A stretch of 63,874 nt of DNA, filler included, from Kipferlia bialata (GCA_003568945.1; 4 parts of 4 records of this genome joined end to end with filler, not necessarily neighbours in it); one strand, 5' to 3'. Positions 37,446 to 51,589 are shown, numbered from the whole stretch's first letter. The notes: generated by a model from the letters alone, not told the origin. Translations and numbers: made by a program.

Positions 37446-38779
37446 TCACACGTAGCAAGAGAACGTGTCAGGATTGTTCACACACTCTGCCTCCGGTCGG
37501 AGAAAGCAAGGACGCAACGGAAGATTCTGAAGAATCAATTTGATTCCAGTACTCTAAATATATTATGACCCAGGATGCTGTCCACAGACCCAAGGCTATG
37601 ATGATATCCAAGGAAATTGGTCTCTGTATTGTGCCGTGAAAGCCCAGTGTACTCATTTAGACGGTACGAGACAGAAATTGAGTCAGTATTTGGCTGAGTC
37701 ATTCCACACTAAATGATTCAGTCTGAATCACTGAATCATTGGATTAGTGGGGGGTGTACGCGAGTTATGATGGAGCAAAAACACTTTGCTGTCCTCATCA
37801 CTACTATTGCATGTCTATCACTACAGCATCACTTGCTAGTTGCAACACATGAACAGCTGAAGGAATGCCCAAGACTCTTGTCAAGAGGTGAGTGGCAGGG
37901 GCTGACAGGTGACATGTGTATATGTGACATATAGATATTCTGACTCACATCACTCACAAATGTCAACCCAAGTCGGGCTTGAGTAGCGGTTCTAGGTCTA
38001 GTACTACTTGGTGGCTTTCTCACACCCACCCGTAAAGGACATTCACACCTATTTGTAGGCCACCCACGTTTCACCGATGTGGATGTATGATCAATGGCTT
38101 CAATGAATAGAATCGATACATAGATCTAGATCGTCTAGCTCCTGGCCTGCACAGTGCCGACCTCTCTGGAATATGCCACCATATAGATCCTGACATACGC
38201 CACCCTACCAGTGTATCCCCTATATATATATATCCCTGAGGGCCTCGAGTCAGGCTCCGTCATATATTCATTCAGCCATTCCATGTTTGCGCTGGAGTGT
38301 GTATCGTGGAATACGCTAAAAGGTGTGTCACCGTCCGACAACACATCCACACAACGCTGTCGGGCCCTTATAAGATTGTCTTCGCGTCTGTATGTATAGG
38401 TATTGAACTGTTCATAGATTAGAAGAGAACAAGTATGTTTCAGGGTGCCTTTTGGATATCCAGTCCCTCCTACTATGACTCTTATTCCTCTTGTGCTCTC
38501 TCTCTTTCTCTCTCTCTGTCAACTGCCGATCAGACAGCCCCCCCTCTTATATATGTCACCTTGCCACTACCGGCTTGCGTTGGGATATCCACTGTAACCT
38601 CCCCCACATAGAGGCAACCCAGCCTCTCTCTCAAATATGTCTCCATGGGGACACCATGCACTGATCCATACCGAAAGAAGAGTTTCAGTAAAAGATATGG
38701 CTTTTGATTACTCCAACGGTTGCCTCTCACTATTTGTGGCGGCCCTTGAGACATCTCTATTATTATACACTGCCGCACG

Positions 38780-40162
38780 AAGGCCCATACTGTACATCAT
38801 TCTTACTATTCTGCCTCAAACATTGTGGTGTTGTCCCCTCCCCTTCCACACCTGGGGTCAGCTGTAAGAACAATTACACACATACATATATGCCCCCCAG
38901 CCTGTGTGATATATATATATATATATAGGTCCCCACCTGGATGTGATGAGTCTCTGGTGCCTGGCCTCCCTCCTGGCCGTCTCCCTCTCCAGGGCCCTCT
39001 TGGCCCTGACCCTGCCCCACTCCTCTATGGCAGTGGTCTCGTCATCGAGAGGGTCGCCAAACACGATGAAGAAGCAGTTGGCCAGGGTGACAATGGTACC
39101 GAGGACAAAGCAGGCCACGCTGGAGTCAGAGACAGAGCACTGATACTGATACTACCCTCACTTGGGGCACTCACCTACACGCCAGCTCACATGCCCAGAA
39201 CCCCCTGGTGCCGGTATTGGTCATCATATCGTCAATCTCGGCTGCACTCTCACGGCACAGCCACACGCCTATGAAGAAGTTGAGTGCGTAGCAGGATGCC
39301 ATTATGAGCTCGGACAGCAGAAGGTAGGGCTGTCATGAGCCGGGAGTGCCAGTGAGAGACACAAACATTAGGGAGTCAATTGTATAGTATATCTTTGAGG
39401 GGGATATCAGCACCAGTATCAGTATCAGACACTCATAAGAGTGTCATTAGTATACCTTTGAGGGGTATCTGGGCTGCCCCATTGTCCAGGACGTCATCAT
39501 CATGGGGGTCAGCATGATGGGCAGAAACAGCACGGCCCACTCCACGCAGCAGTAGATGCCAGAGGCCAGCCAGTGGGGGCCCCTGATACATGAGACATGT
39601 ATATTACATGAGGTGGATAGTAGGGGGGAAGGCTAGAGGGGGGGAGAGAGACACACCTATATATCGGGGCCATCACTGTGCCTGTCACCAGGAACCACGC
39701 GGCTACCAACAGGTGGCACCACACGTGCATCTGCCATGAGAGTCCGTGTATATAACAGCATACACTGATAACTGTTACTATCCATGTCCTACTATGTCTG
39801 ACTACACAAGGGCCACATACCTGTAACCTCAGAATGTCCCCTTCGTCACGTGCCGCCCAGTACACAATCAGGCCGACTCCCACAACAAATACCGCAAGTA
39901 CCCATATCCACCAACGGGTGAGTGTGTATATCACCAGGTAAGAAAACACGGCGTTCTCTTCGCACAAGTCGCCTTGTGTAAGTATCAGTTATACGATGCA
40001 GACGATACTGATACTGATACTGATACCTGTGTACCCGTCGTAACACACGCACTCGTCGTCAGTCTCTGACTCCGTGTGCTCAGCCACACACTCCAGACAC
40101 AGACAGGTGGACAGGAGCAGGAGAAGGACAGAGAGCCGCAGAAGAACACATTGCCTTGCCAT
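38780..40162 (-). CDS. Signal peptide + EGF-like motif + multi-pass membrane protein, multi-exon
   Basis: MARQCVLLRLSVLLLLLSTCLC..ECVCYDGYT/GDLCEE followed by several hydrophobic exons (RWWIWVLAVFVVGVGLIVYW, CHLLVAAWFLVTG, ACFVLGTIVTLANCFFIVF). The 3' boundary is approximate. Confidence 0.5.
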
Positions 40163-40489
40163 CCCTGAGGGGGGGGGGGGGAGACACGCTCTGGTGATTA
40201 CAATACGTACCAGCCAGACACAGTGGTCGCCTAGAAGATTCTCACTATATTACGTTGATTGGGATAGAGAGCATCACAACAGTCACTAAGTTGTGACATG
40301 GGTTTTTGTGGAGAAGGGTCTTGTCTACACTCCTCTTTTCACTGGTCAGTGACTGGGCATTCTCCTTTCGCAGAGGCTTCAGAGAGGCTTTGCTCTACAC
40401 AGCTTGTAGTTGTGTGAATCGTCAATTAATGATTTGCCAAAGGAATCCTTCCGAGTCTAGCTACCAATAAGACAGGTGCAAGTCACTTC

Positions 40490-42132
40490 ATGTCGGATGG
40501 CATAGAGCTCTACCCTGTTCTGACTGGTGGTGTCCCTGGCTTCTCTTCCTTGGGTGATCTGTTCCCCAGTGAGAGGGCTGTGGTGCGTGTGCTGACTGTA
40601 TCCAAGGCCATGGTGGTGAAGGGCCAGGACTACGGTATGGCTGACATGCTCTGTGCTGACAGCGCTGAGTGTGAGACTCACCTGGAATCCCATGGGTACA
40701 CCCGGTTTGCTCTCCCTGCGTCGGCCCCCCCTTCCTCTGAACCCTCCTTTGTGTCTCTGGAATACCGAGGCTCTGCATTCGAGAAGGAAGACCTGTTTGT
40801 GGGCATGCACAGTACACTGAGCCAGTGGCGTCTCCCTCCCCACCTGTGTCAGGCCGACCGTTCTCTCCTACCCTTCCTCATGACTGCTCTGAGAAAGGTA
40901 TCTGAACCCGTGTTTCTCAAGGACGCCGGACAGGCACTGGCATCTATGTGTAGTGAGGGACATATCTTAACCACCTCCCTTGGCACGGCTCTGGTGGCGT
41001 GTCTCAAGGCAGTGTTTGCATGTTCTCAAGTGTGCCATCTAGAGTTTGTTCTTCCCATCACACCCAATATAGCCGGGTTGTGCGACGACCTCTTTGGAGA
41101 GAAGTGGGTTTGGCTGCGTCTTCTCTGCTATAGGGCCCCATCCCGCACCCTATTTGCCGCGTGTGACGTCCCAGGGGTGTTTGCAGACACTGGGGAGAGG
41201 ATCGACAGCATTGAGGCCTTCTTACTCGACGATACTGTCACACCTGAATGAAAAGTCTTCTGTGCCGTGGTCTCATTCGTGCCGAGAGACGTCCACGTAG
41301 TACACAACACGTGTCAGAGCACTCTGGACTGTCTGTCTTGAAGTCTGAGGCCGGCAGGGTATCCGATCTCCTCGTGGACCATATTGGGTGTCTGGGTACT
41401 TCTGCTACCCCTGCTGATGTGGTGTGCCTCAGCAAGTCACTGAAGAAGGTGCTAGGCCACCATGAGAAGGCCTTCCGAGTTATCATTCTGCCCCATGCAG
41501 CGCGTATACTCCGTCTTGTGCTCTCCCAATACAGTGGACGCAGTATGCTAGACAGTGTGTTGGACACAGCCAGTCACATCCTCATTGCTACCAAGGACGA
41601 CATTGACCATGCTCTGGAGCACACAGAGGCTGACAATACAATGCTCCTGTGTGTCTGTCATACTGTTTCTCCCTCACACGGACTCTGGATACCTGAGGGT
41701 TCTGGAGGAGTTCTGCCATTCCATAGTCAGCAAGCCATTGTCCTGGCCGCACTGCCAGTCCCTCTGTGCATCGGTGTACAACAATAGTCTGGCGCGAAAG
41801 CAAGGTACTTGCAGTGACTCGGGGGATATCCTGCGCTTGTTTGCCTCGTCTTCTGGCATGGAGACAAACACCGCTCTCTTCTCTGCCTCCGTGTTCGGAC
41901 TATATTGGCAAGTTGCCAATGGCAACACGCTGACTTTGTGACACGTCTCTATGGAGGTTGGGACGACAGGGAAGAGGACACAGAGGACGGAGAGTCCTCC
42001 CGCTGCCGTGTCGAGACCTCTATTGTCAGGTCAGGCTATGCTGTAGATGAAGCAGAGTTCCATCACGCGCAGTTCTACCACGGACAGATCGAACTGCTAT
42101 CTGACGTCTTTGGCTTCAGAGTCCATGTCTAG
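40490..42132 (+). pseudogene. Intronless chain of overlapping ORFs, probably one frame-disrupted gene
   Basis: ORFs 40490-41251, 41248-41787, 41555-41941 and 41905-42132 in successive frames, with coding-like composition, no AT-rich introns and no recognised domain. Confidence 0.35.
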
Positions 42133-43257
42133 GCCCTAGATTTTAGGGGAGAGGTTGGGTGTGAATTCAACCGTCTGTTAGTGTTCGAGCTTGTAGTCAT
42201 AACAAGTACAGAGATAGTAAAGGGTATTATATGTTACCAGAGGATAGAGAAACGTATGACGCTTAAGTTCAGAGGAAGTGGGCACAAATAGATAACTTGA
42301 GGCAAGATGAGAATACTCTACAACTCTGGGTCACTGTCATATAGATACTACACGTGGTAGCGGCTACCGTAGACGGTATTGAATATGGAACACTCTACGC
42401 GACAGCTATCGATTCCCTGACGGTTGAACTCCAGTGCTGTGGTTTCCCACTACCAACTCTCTCTCTCTCCCGCCCAAGACCAAGTAGACTGGCTGCTCTA
42501 TTGGAGTAGTGACTCCCCCCGATCTCACACCCTTAGCAAGATCTCAGATCATCGTGACAGCAACCAAAGAGAAGATGTATACGTCACTCATCAGCCCACC
42601 ACAGAGCGAATAACACATAAAGGTGAGATAAGTTCTTGTCTCCTCTCTTTTCGGCAATAGAGAGTCCCATAACCACTATTTGGAGACCGTGACGGTCCGT
42701 AAGTCTCTCCTGTCATCCTCCTCTAACATGAATATGCGGGAGATCTCCCCAATTACTTCTGGACTAACGATAAAGTTCAGTGTATGGGTGTTTCACCGGG
42801 AAACTTTAGCGATCCCGTTGCAGCCCAGGTCTTGTATTTGGGGCCTGATGCATCTGGTTACTCTGTACAAGAGTCCGTTGGTATCCGTTGACTCTCATGG
42901 TTCTAAGTATAGGTACACTACTCGATGAACGGTCGAGGACCCACTAGATCATTGATTCTATTCGCAATGAAATGATGCGGGTCCTTAAAGTTTATAAGGC
43001 TTAAACGTTACTGGATAGAACGTCACTGAGGATACTACAATATTACTTATGAATCTGTGATATAGACCGTAGTATCAGGATTCCTGAAATTTTTTCAGGA
43101 AGAATCAGAAAGATACACAGCAGCAAAACCGAAAATGGGAATTATTCATTGGTGCACACAAAGACAACATGAAACGGACACAATCACTGTCACCACAACA
43201 CACAAGACACACAGAACAATGCCATAATCGGGACACGGTTAACTATCGCCCTCCTCC

Positions 43258-46200
43258 TCAGAGGTGGTTGAGGGAGAGGGGCGCATCGCGTAGCCTACTC
43301 GACTGGGGCCTTGCCCCTCTCGCCCTCTCTGCCCTCCCGTCCCCCCCTGCCATCGACTGTGCCAGCTGCTGCACCTGGGCAGGCCCCATGGACTGCGACA
43401 TCATCTGGGCAGACTGGGACTCAGTCATGCGGTCTGCCACTGTCTCGAGCTCAGCCCTATCCAGCCACCCCTGGGCACTGGTGCCGTTGAGGAGGAGGGC
43501 CAGGGAGTGCGTCAGGGACCGGAAGCCCTTCTCAAGCTGCTCGTGGAACTCTAACAGGGCGGGGACCCCAGCCACCAGCCTCCTCCCTAGCTTGATGGCG
43601 TCACTAGCACTGTCTAGGAACCCACAGAGTGCGGCATGCAGGGCCAGCCTGTCATCCTCGCTGTAGTCTGTGTTGTGGAGGAAGATGCGTGCAGGGGGCA
43701 GGAGGCCCGAGTTGATCTGGGGCATCACGCTACCCTGCAGCACCAGCTGTAGACTGTTGAGGTCGGGGTTGGGGGCGGTCGTCTGGGACACCAGCTTGGC
43801 AGTCTGTTCCTCACACAGCACTACAGCACTCTGCAAGGGGGAGAACTCCGTCACCTCCCTGTCCACCACGGCCTGTCTGGACACCAGGTACGGGAAGGGG
43901 TGCTTCACAGTCAGCACGGTGCGGCGCCTGCACACGTCCTCCAGGGCATCCTCGATCTTCTTGGACCCACTCCTGGTGAATATGGTGGTGTAGCTGAACT
44001 GGGTGGCGCCCACCACAGACCTGTAAGGGTCTGAGGCAGGGGCCCTGTCTCCGAAGGGCTTGACCTCGTGGATCTGCACTGTGACGTCACTATGAGTGTA
44101 CCACTCCTCAGCAGGCACCCTGGACCCAGTCTTGAAGGCCACCACCGAGTTGGGGTGCTGCCCCTCGAGGAATTGCTTCAGCCTGGCCCTGACGGCATCC
44201 CCCCTGGTGAGTCTGGGCTCCATGTAGATAAAGACAGACCCGTTGTCGTCCCCCAGCACCTTGCCGTACATGCCCACCATGTAGAAGGTGCCCAGAGACC
44301 GGTGTGTATCTGCCCTGTCCCTAGCAGCATCAGCACACACCTTGGCCAGGGTCTGCCCCACCTCACCAGCTGCCTCCCAGTCACCCACCCTAGACAGGAG
44401 AGAGAGGGCAGACCGCAGCGGGACCATGGCCATCTCATGCAGACCGGCCTTGGCAAGCAGAGCGGCACCCTCCCTGAGACGCCTCACCACCCTCTCTCCG
44501 TTCCACTCCAGCAGCGACTCCGGGCGCATGTCGGTGTGGGATGGTATCTGGTGCGACAGCCAAGGAAGGACCTGGCGGAGCTCCCCGATGAGGGAGTCTG
44601 CGACACACACCCCGTCTGCCCCCTCCTTCTCTGTCCCTACCACTGTTCTGAAGAGGGATGACTTGTCTGAGTGCATGGAGTACCACTGCCAACAGGCCGG
44701 GTCCGAGTCAGTACCTGGGAACCTGACACCCTCTGATATCAGGGCAGCCTCGAGCAGAGACACCAACCCAGCCTCGGCATGGTGGTGCCTGGGCTTGGCT
44801 GGGTCTGTACTGGACAGATGGGCTGCCAGGACACCGAGGACAGTGGCCCTGACAGAGGGTGTGTGCTTGTAGCCATCGGCCCTGCTCAGGTGGAGGTCGG
44901 CCAGTAGCTCCTCGTCCTCGATGGGTGGCAGCTGGGTGCCGTCAGAGGGGTTGACCCTCCGGACAGTCGCCTTCGCCACAATCTCCCTGCTGTCTGCAAT
45001 GACCCCACTCATGGCATCCACAAACCGGTCCATGCAGGACATGAACCCGTCGTCTACAGCAACAGGGGTGGTTGGGGAGTCTGCCTCTGCCTTGGCGTAT
45101 GCTACGAGGCTGCTGAGGGAGCAGGAGAGGTAGGAGGCCTCGAAGGAGCCGTTGACGGGGGTCAGCCTGTAGATGCAGTCAGTAGCCAGGGTCACGGTGT
45201 GGGGGAACCCCTTGACACCAGAGTCACCCCCGGACTGCAGGTACTCGTCCCTCAGCAGGGTGTAGAGGAAGGCGGCACTGCACTGGCGGTACTCCCTGGT
45301 GTGCCTAGAGAACAGGTCGATAGACTTACGCACAACCTCCAGACCCGGCTCAAAGCGGCCCGAGAGGAACAGGGGCCCAGCGACACTGGCCAGTCTGATC
45401 AGGAGGTCCAGGGCACGGCGGACGGCAGGTACAGAGTTGGGCATGGAGAGGACACTTGCTAGCAGGGAGAAGGCGGATGTGCGTAGGGGGGACACGTTCT
45501 CGAGAGAAAGGGTCTCTGGGCACACGTTGATGAGTGTCTCGAGCACCTTGAGCACGTAGGTGGTGGCCGAGGAGCACACATGGCCAACAAGAAGGGCACG
45601 TCTCTTAGTCTCCTTGGGGGATATGAGCAGCTCTCTCTCCCCCTCGCCTCTGTAGGACTGCATGCCCCAGTTGCTGTTGCGGCTGTGGCTCCCATGCCCC
45701 CTTGCCGCCATGCTCTCTCTCCTCTGGGGCCCAGCCATTGACATAGACATCGACATGCTACCCGGCCTCTGCCCCCCTGCAGTGGACATGGACCGCATCG
45801 ACCCCGCCCTGCTCTGGGACAGACCCTGCCCCCCCTGGGACAGCCTCACACTGCGGGTGCTGCCAGGCCCCGAGGCTCCCTGGGTGGCCCTCCTCTGCCT
45901 CTGCCGCCCCTTGCTCTGGTACATGGTGCTGAGGGCACCCAGCTTGGAGGCCACAGACGTGTCAGCCTGGGAGGTGCTCTTGGACGCCGCCGTCAGCTGG
46001 GTGTGTCCCATTACGACCAGACACCTGGCCAGTACCTTGGTGAGGGTGGCCTTCTGGTCTGGAGACAGCACAGTGAGTATGTGGGTGAGGCTGGACTCCG
46101 ACAGACCCCCCAGCACCCACAGCATGCACCCCAGCAGAGACAGCTCTGTGCCGGGCCTAGTCTCTAGTGACTCAGGCTTGGCATCGGGTGCGGCATCTAG

Positions 46201-49200
46201 ATTAAAGGCAAGGGGTGCGTTGTCTAGGGGGATGCATATGATGGGGGCATACATGGCTGCGATGCTCTCAGTCTTCCTGGTGTCTGCATACCGCTTGTCA
46301 GCATCCACCAGAGAGAGTGTCTCGAGGAGGAGGGCTGCCCCCTGCTCCTTGGCACCCACACCCCCTGCCAGCGACATCTCGACGTGCTGTATCAAGGCAG
46401 AGGGCAGGAAGTGGTACTTGGCCATCCTGCTCTGCATGGCATCCAGCAGAGAGGCAGACGAGTCGGAGCGGGACAGCTTGCGGGGTGCGTCCCCCTTGGC
46501 CCTGCTTCTACTCCTGGGGGCCTTGGCTCCTAGGGGTCTAAGGAGGGGGAGGGAGAGGGCCACTGCGTTGGGGTGGCAGAGCATCTCCCTCAGCAGCAGA
46601 GACACTGGCTCGAAGTGGGACGCCCTCTTGATGTCCTGTGTCCTGAGGCTGCCTCTCTTGTCATCGACAAGACCCCCACTCAGCACAGTGTCTGTGAAGA
46701 GCTGGACCATCAGGAACACCTGCCTCCTGTCCACTACCTCAGACAGGTCGGCCAGGAACCGCCCCATGGCCCTGGAGAGCAGCTTGCCGTGCTGCTGCAT
46801 CCTATCAATCTGGTCAGCCACCCACTCTGCTGTCTGCTCCACCACAGAGTGCAGTGCGGAGTAGAGAGAGGGGGGGAACCTGCCCTTCCTGGACTCTGAG
46901 CAGTCGAGGGGGGAGGCAGACAGGTTGGGGAGAGAGGTGCCGACAGGTGAGTGGGCCACCCCCGATCCCACTGAGGCCTCGACCACCAGGCTCCTGACCA
47001 CCAAGCCGAAGAGGAAGGGCGCCTTCTCGGCCAGCAGCCTCTGTCCATCAGCGTCTGCACTGGCACTCTGTCCGTACTGTGTCCAGGCCTCCAGCATAGC
47101 CTCTGCCCACCCACGCCTCACAGGGGGCAGGAAGTGGTGGGCGAGGTAGGACTCGAGCAGGGGGTTGAGAGACTCCTCGGAGGCAGAGAGAGAGACACCG
47201 AAGGAGAAGGTGGAGGCAGCCTCGGCAGCCCCAGGCTGAGATCCAGTCCCAGTAGATGTCTGGGTGCTCTGTGCCCCCTCCCCCTCATCGACACTCTCCA
47301 TGACCCCTAGCATGTGGGCAGCAGCTGCATCATCAGTCTTGGACAGCACAGTCAGCACAGCCCTGAACAGACCAGCGCTCTGGTCTGCCCTCTGTGCCGC
47401 ATTCAACAGCTGCAGAGACCCAAACAGGATGTTGAGGGTGGTTACCAGGGTACGGGAGAAGTCCGGCATGTCAGATATCTTGCCCACGATGGAGGGGAAG
47501 TCAATCTCCTGGGCCAGCTTGGACGAGAGGCGCATAGACTCCATCCTAGTGGACCTAGAGGGAGAGGTCAGTGACCCTGTGCCTGGCTGCATCTTACGGG
47601 CCAGATCGGCCAGGCCCTTGACGTCACCATACGCCTGGTAGAGCCCTGCGATACCTGCATCCTGGGGGTAGAGCAGGGACCTGGACACAACGGAGACGTC
47701 AAACACATTCTCCCCCTTGCAGAGCAGGGTGTCTGTGTCTCTCTCCCTCAGTCTGCTCATGTAGTTGGCGGGGAGGTCACCGTACAGGGGGTACCCTTGC
47801 ACCCCCTTGGGGACCAGCCGCAGCCTCTCCCCTCTGTCGTTCTGGTACAGAGGCACCACCACATACCCGACCAGGGAGAGAGAGGGTGCAGACAGACGGG
47901 CCCCGTTGGCACCCCCTCTCTGGGAGGCACCGAGCAGGGCGGGGTCGCAGTCAGTGCCGCGAAGCGTGTCGTCGCAGGGACCCAACAGAGCAGGCATCTG
48001 GTCAGAGGGGAAGTCCGATAGAGACCTCTTCGCCTTGTCCTTGACTGACACGTGGTACAGAGTGAAGAGAAGGTGGTGGCGGGGGGTGACCTGCAGGGGG
48101 AGGCGCACCCTCACCTCATCACCCATCTCTGGTGTCTTGTGGTGGTAGGTCCCAGACGTCACGTACATGCGCTGCAGCCCATCGCTCTCCCTCGTCCACC
48201 CTGCCTCTGCTACACTCTCCTTCTCCTTAGACACAGTGCGCCTGTGCCCCCTACCCCCAGTACCACTGTTACCCTGCACGTGGCCATGGTAGGGGGGGTA
48301 TATGGCCTGCATGGCCTCCTTGCCGAGGTCATCGTTGTCCCTCAGCTCCACACTAACCACAATGTTACGGCATGACCGGCCTGAGTAGCTGTACCTAGAG
48401 AGATTGACACCCTGGGGAGACACCAACATGTCATTGACAAACTCTCTCTCGGGTACCGCAAAGGCCCCATCCTGGGGTCCTACCCAGTCCATTACCCTCA
48501 CAAGACTTCCCGAGAAGTCATCGGTGCCAAGCACGGTGGTCAGTGCCTCGTCTGACCCCCCCAGGGGCACCCTGCTAGGGGACATGAGGGGCAGGGCGTT
48601 GAAGAGGGCATCCTCACCAGTCAGCATGCGGCACCTCAGGTTGAAGCTGAAGGGAAGACGCCGGGGCTCCTTGTTCTCACGCGTGATCTCCCTAGGAGTG
48701 AGACAGACATTGCTAAGGTGTATAGTATACATATCGACAGTGAAGGCACTACTTCCCCTCACCTGATGCTCTCTACCAGCGAGTGGTCTCCGTAGTTCCC
48801 GTGCTGCTTGGCCATGTAGAAGGTACCCATGGTGTGGACAGCCCCGTCCTTGGTTAGGGCAGCGTCGGACTGGGGGGTGGGGAAGGGGCGACGCACAGAG
48901 GGAGACAGGGGCGAGTGGTGCTTGGGTGAAGTGACCACAGTGCTATCTGCCCCCAGAAGGAACTTGAAGGTGTCTACCCCTCTCTCGGGCTCTCCCTCTG
49001 CAAAGACAGGGGTGTACCCCCAGATGAAGACCTCCCTCACGGCACCCAGTCTGCGCAGCCCAGTCTTCATCTTGGCGTGGAAGGTCTGCACAGTCTTGGA
49101 GGCCTGGGGGGGGTAAGGAAACAGATAGAGTAGTAGTAGCTGAATACAATAATAGAGAGATCCATCACACCTATGAGGAATATACAGCTAACACATACAT

Positions 49201-49653
49201 CCCAACCATACCTTTGGGTCGGACACCCCCACCCTATCCACTGTCTGGTACATGTCGGCTGTATCATCTGCCTCCCCTGCCAGAGACCGCTCGAACCTGA
49301 CAGCCAGCACCAGGGAGGTAGATGGCTCAGGTATCTCAAACACGGCCACCCTGGACAGAGAGGCCCCCTGGTCAGTCGCCTTGGGGTACATCATCTGGGT
49401 GATGTGGTTGTCATTCACGTTGAACTGGAAGGACTCCGACACTCTCTCCCCACTCTCAATGTCTAGCAGACACAGGTTGCCCCAGAAGGGCTCTATGAGG
49501 GCTCCTCTGGGGGGGACTAGCTTGTCCACTGCAACAACCACACGCAGACACCGCCTAGTGGGGAGGGGGGCGGGGTTGGTGGTGTGGTGTCTGGCGGCGA
49601 GGGAGGAGACGGGGTGGAGAGCATTCAGAAGGGGGACAGAACCGGTGGTGCGC
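43258..49653 (-). CDS. DOCK-family (DOCK-C/D, zizimin-type) Rho GEF with DHR-1/C2 and DHR-2; 5' end missing
   Basis: IEPFWGNLCLLDIESGERVSESFQFNVN; DHR-1 RNIVVSVELRD..YHHKTPEMGDEVRVRLPLQVTPRHHLLFTLYHVS; DHR-2 GTFYMVGMYG..FIYMEP..RRTVLTVKHPFPYLVSRQ..LQLVLQGSVMPQINSG. Exons 49653-49212, 49103-48763 and 48691-43258. Confidence 0.95.
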
Positions 49654-49757
49654 CTGGGGTGAGGGAGGGTAGGGAGGGGGGGGGGGGGGCACCTGCCAAG
49701 AAGGGGATCACCCNNNNNNNNNNNNNNNNNNNNNNNNNNNNNNNNNNNNNNNNNNNN

Positions 49758-49769
49758 TTAATTAATTAA
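49758..49769. other. Artificial contig linker TTAATTAATTAA
   Basis: Same 12-mer within N runs. Confidence 0.95.
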
Positions 49770-49813
49770 NNNNNNNNNNNNNNNNNNNNNNNNNNNNNNN
49801 NNNNNNNNNNNNN

Positions 49814-49898
49814 AGATCCAAAAAAGTCGCATGCGACGTCGCACCAAAATGGGGCTAGTCGCAAGATTCTTGGGGTGCGACGTCGCATGCCAACCCTA
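49814..49898. mobile_element. Candidate end of a hAT-like DNA transposon/MITE
   Basis: Perfect 17-bp inverted repeat (49829-49845 / 49874-49890, core palindrome TGCGACGTCGCA) ending in GCCAACCCTA (minus strand TAGGGTTGGC), at a contig start. Confidence 0.35.
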
Positions 49899-49999
49899 AT
49901 CAGCATCTAATCCTTCGTCTTCAGACTAGAGTGAGAATCCGTGAGTACAAGATAGTCGTTAGCCGGTAATCACCTCTTTGCGTTCGGACCATTGACATA

Positions 50000-51201
50000 A
50001 TGTCAGAGCTCCCCTACCCCTTTGTCACTATGGGTACTGTCCACCCGTATCCAGGCTATATAATGAGAATGGTTGCTACAACCCCCAGGCACGTATTCGT
50101 TCTGAGACAGGACGGGTCTGGGAACGCACTCTGCTCCGAGATCCACGTCAGTACAATGGGAGAGATCATTGAGCACCAGTTGGGTCCCGTTCCTCAGAGA
50201 CTCCCTTCTCTGTCACGCATGACTCTGAGGCAGAAACTGGTGGGCATCTCAGGAATGATATACACCGGTGGTTACGTCTATGTGTCTGCGCATGGCCATA
50301 CATATGTACGTTGCTGCGGTTGACACTGGAGAGTGGCTGGATCTAGACATTGGGCTCGACACCCAGTCACCCCCTCCATTTGTGTACGACGATCACGTGT
50401 GCCGTCTCGTCCGGGTCAAAGAGCCAGGCACATCTCACCCAGGGGTCCCCTGGGCCAGGGGAGCTCAGTAGAATGCAGAGCCTAGTCCATAATGGGACTG
50501 ACGCACTCTGGGAGGACTGGCCATCGACTGAGGGAAGCCACAATATTACTCTGGATGTGGGGCTGATGCACAACTCTAGAGAGGGTGCTGACTATCCTGA
50601 GCTTGTTCCCACTGTAAACGCCGACTGTGTGGTATCCCACGGCTTTGGGGCAACGGCCAATGTTCACTCTGATCTCACAGACCACACCTATCTCTGTGAC
50701 ATACATAGGACGTGTGGCTGGGCAACCCCAGTGAGAACGCCGCTTGAAACTGTCCTTGTTGGAGCTACTGACCGTCTGCTTCTCTTAAGGATTAGCGCTG
50801 GACGCCTCTATCTCTATGACACTGTGTCTCAGGAGTTCTGCAGAGACCAGCACTGGGATAGACAGGAGGCCTCCATGCTTACATTGGACTGTTTCAGCTT
50901 CCGTGGGCAGTCGGCATATCTCTCCTCGACAGAGCTCCTTGTTGTTGGTCACCAACTTGATACTGATCTTCTGATTGTCAGGTGTATGAACCCAGCTTTA
51001 CTCTACTCCGCCGCATGCGGTGGTGACTGGGATACTATTCCCCCACTGTCAGTGCTGTGTGATGGGGACAAGAGCTTTGACAGGGACGAGGATCTTGATG
51101 CTGATGCAAGATACGGCAGGGACGGGGGTGGGGCAGGATTCTGGGGAGAAGAAGAGAACAGGGGAGAGTATTATGATGCAGACGATGGATACTTCTGGTG
51201 A
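50000..51201 (+). pseudogene. Frame-disrupted intronless gene, possibly kelch/beta-propeller-like
   Basis: Overlapping ORFs 50000-50323, 50268-50471 and 50350-51201. Blade-like segments MYVAAVDTGEW and LYLYDTVSQEF, and an acidic tail. Confidence 0.35.
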
Positions 51202-51589
51202 AAGATGAGACTTAGATATCGAGGGAATAGAGTACGGAGTAGATATATCAACTGGGCAAAAACTTGCTAAATTCCGGCAAAATGGTAATGAAAAGTAGTT
51301 ACATAGATGAGACGTTGTGTATCGGGTACTTACAGATAGGAACGTGTATGTAATGGTAATGTCGGGGTTTCGTAGAAGCCGTTTCGTCTTAACAACGACA
51401 CTCAACTGTCATGCGAAGGAAATACCAAGTACAGACGCCGAGCTCTATTGACACCACACCCATTCAGACTAAAGATAACACAAAACACCAGAAGAGAATA
51501 CAAACACAAATGGGGGTGGTATAGTGGCAAGGGTCTCTCTCTCTCTCTCTCTTTCTCTATCTCTCTAGTATCTCTCTTTCTCTATCCCT

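Noticed and set aside
43700..43745. Ile in place of the DHR-2 nucleotide-sensor Val (GSVMPQINSG)
   Set aside because: Conservative change; not enough to claim altered GEF activity.
43670..48766. Long plus-strand ORFs antisense to DOCK (e.g. 45662-46864)
   Set aside because: Shadow ORFs expected from GC-rich codon usage; no recognisable domains.
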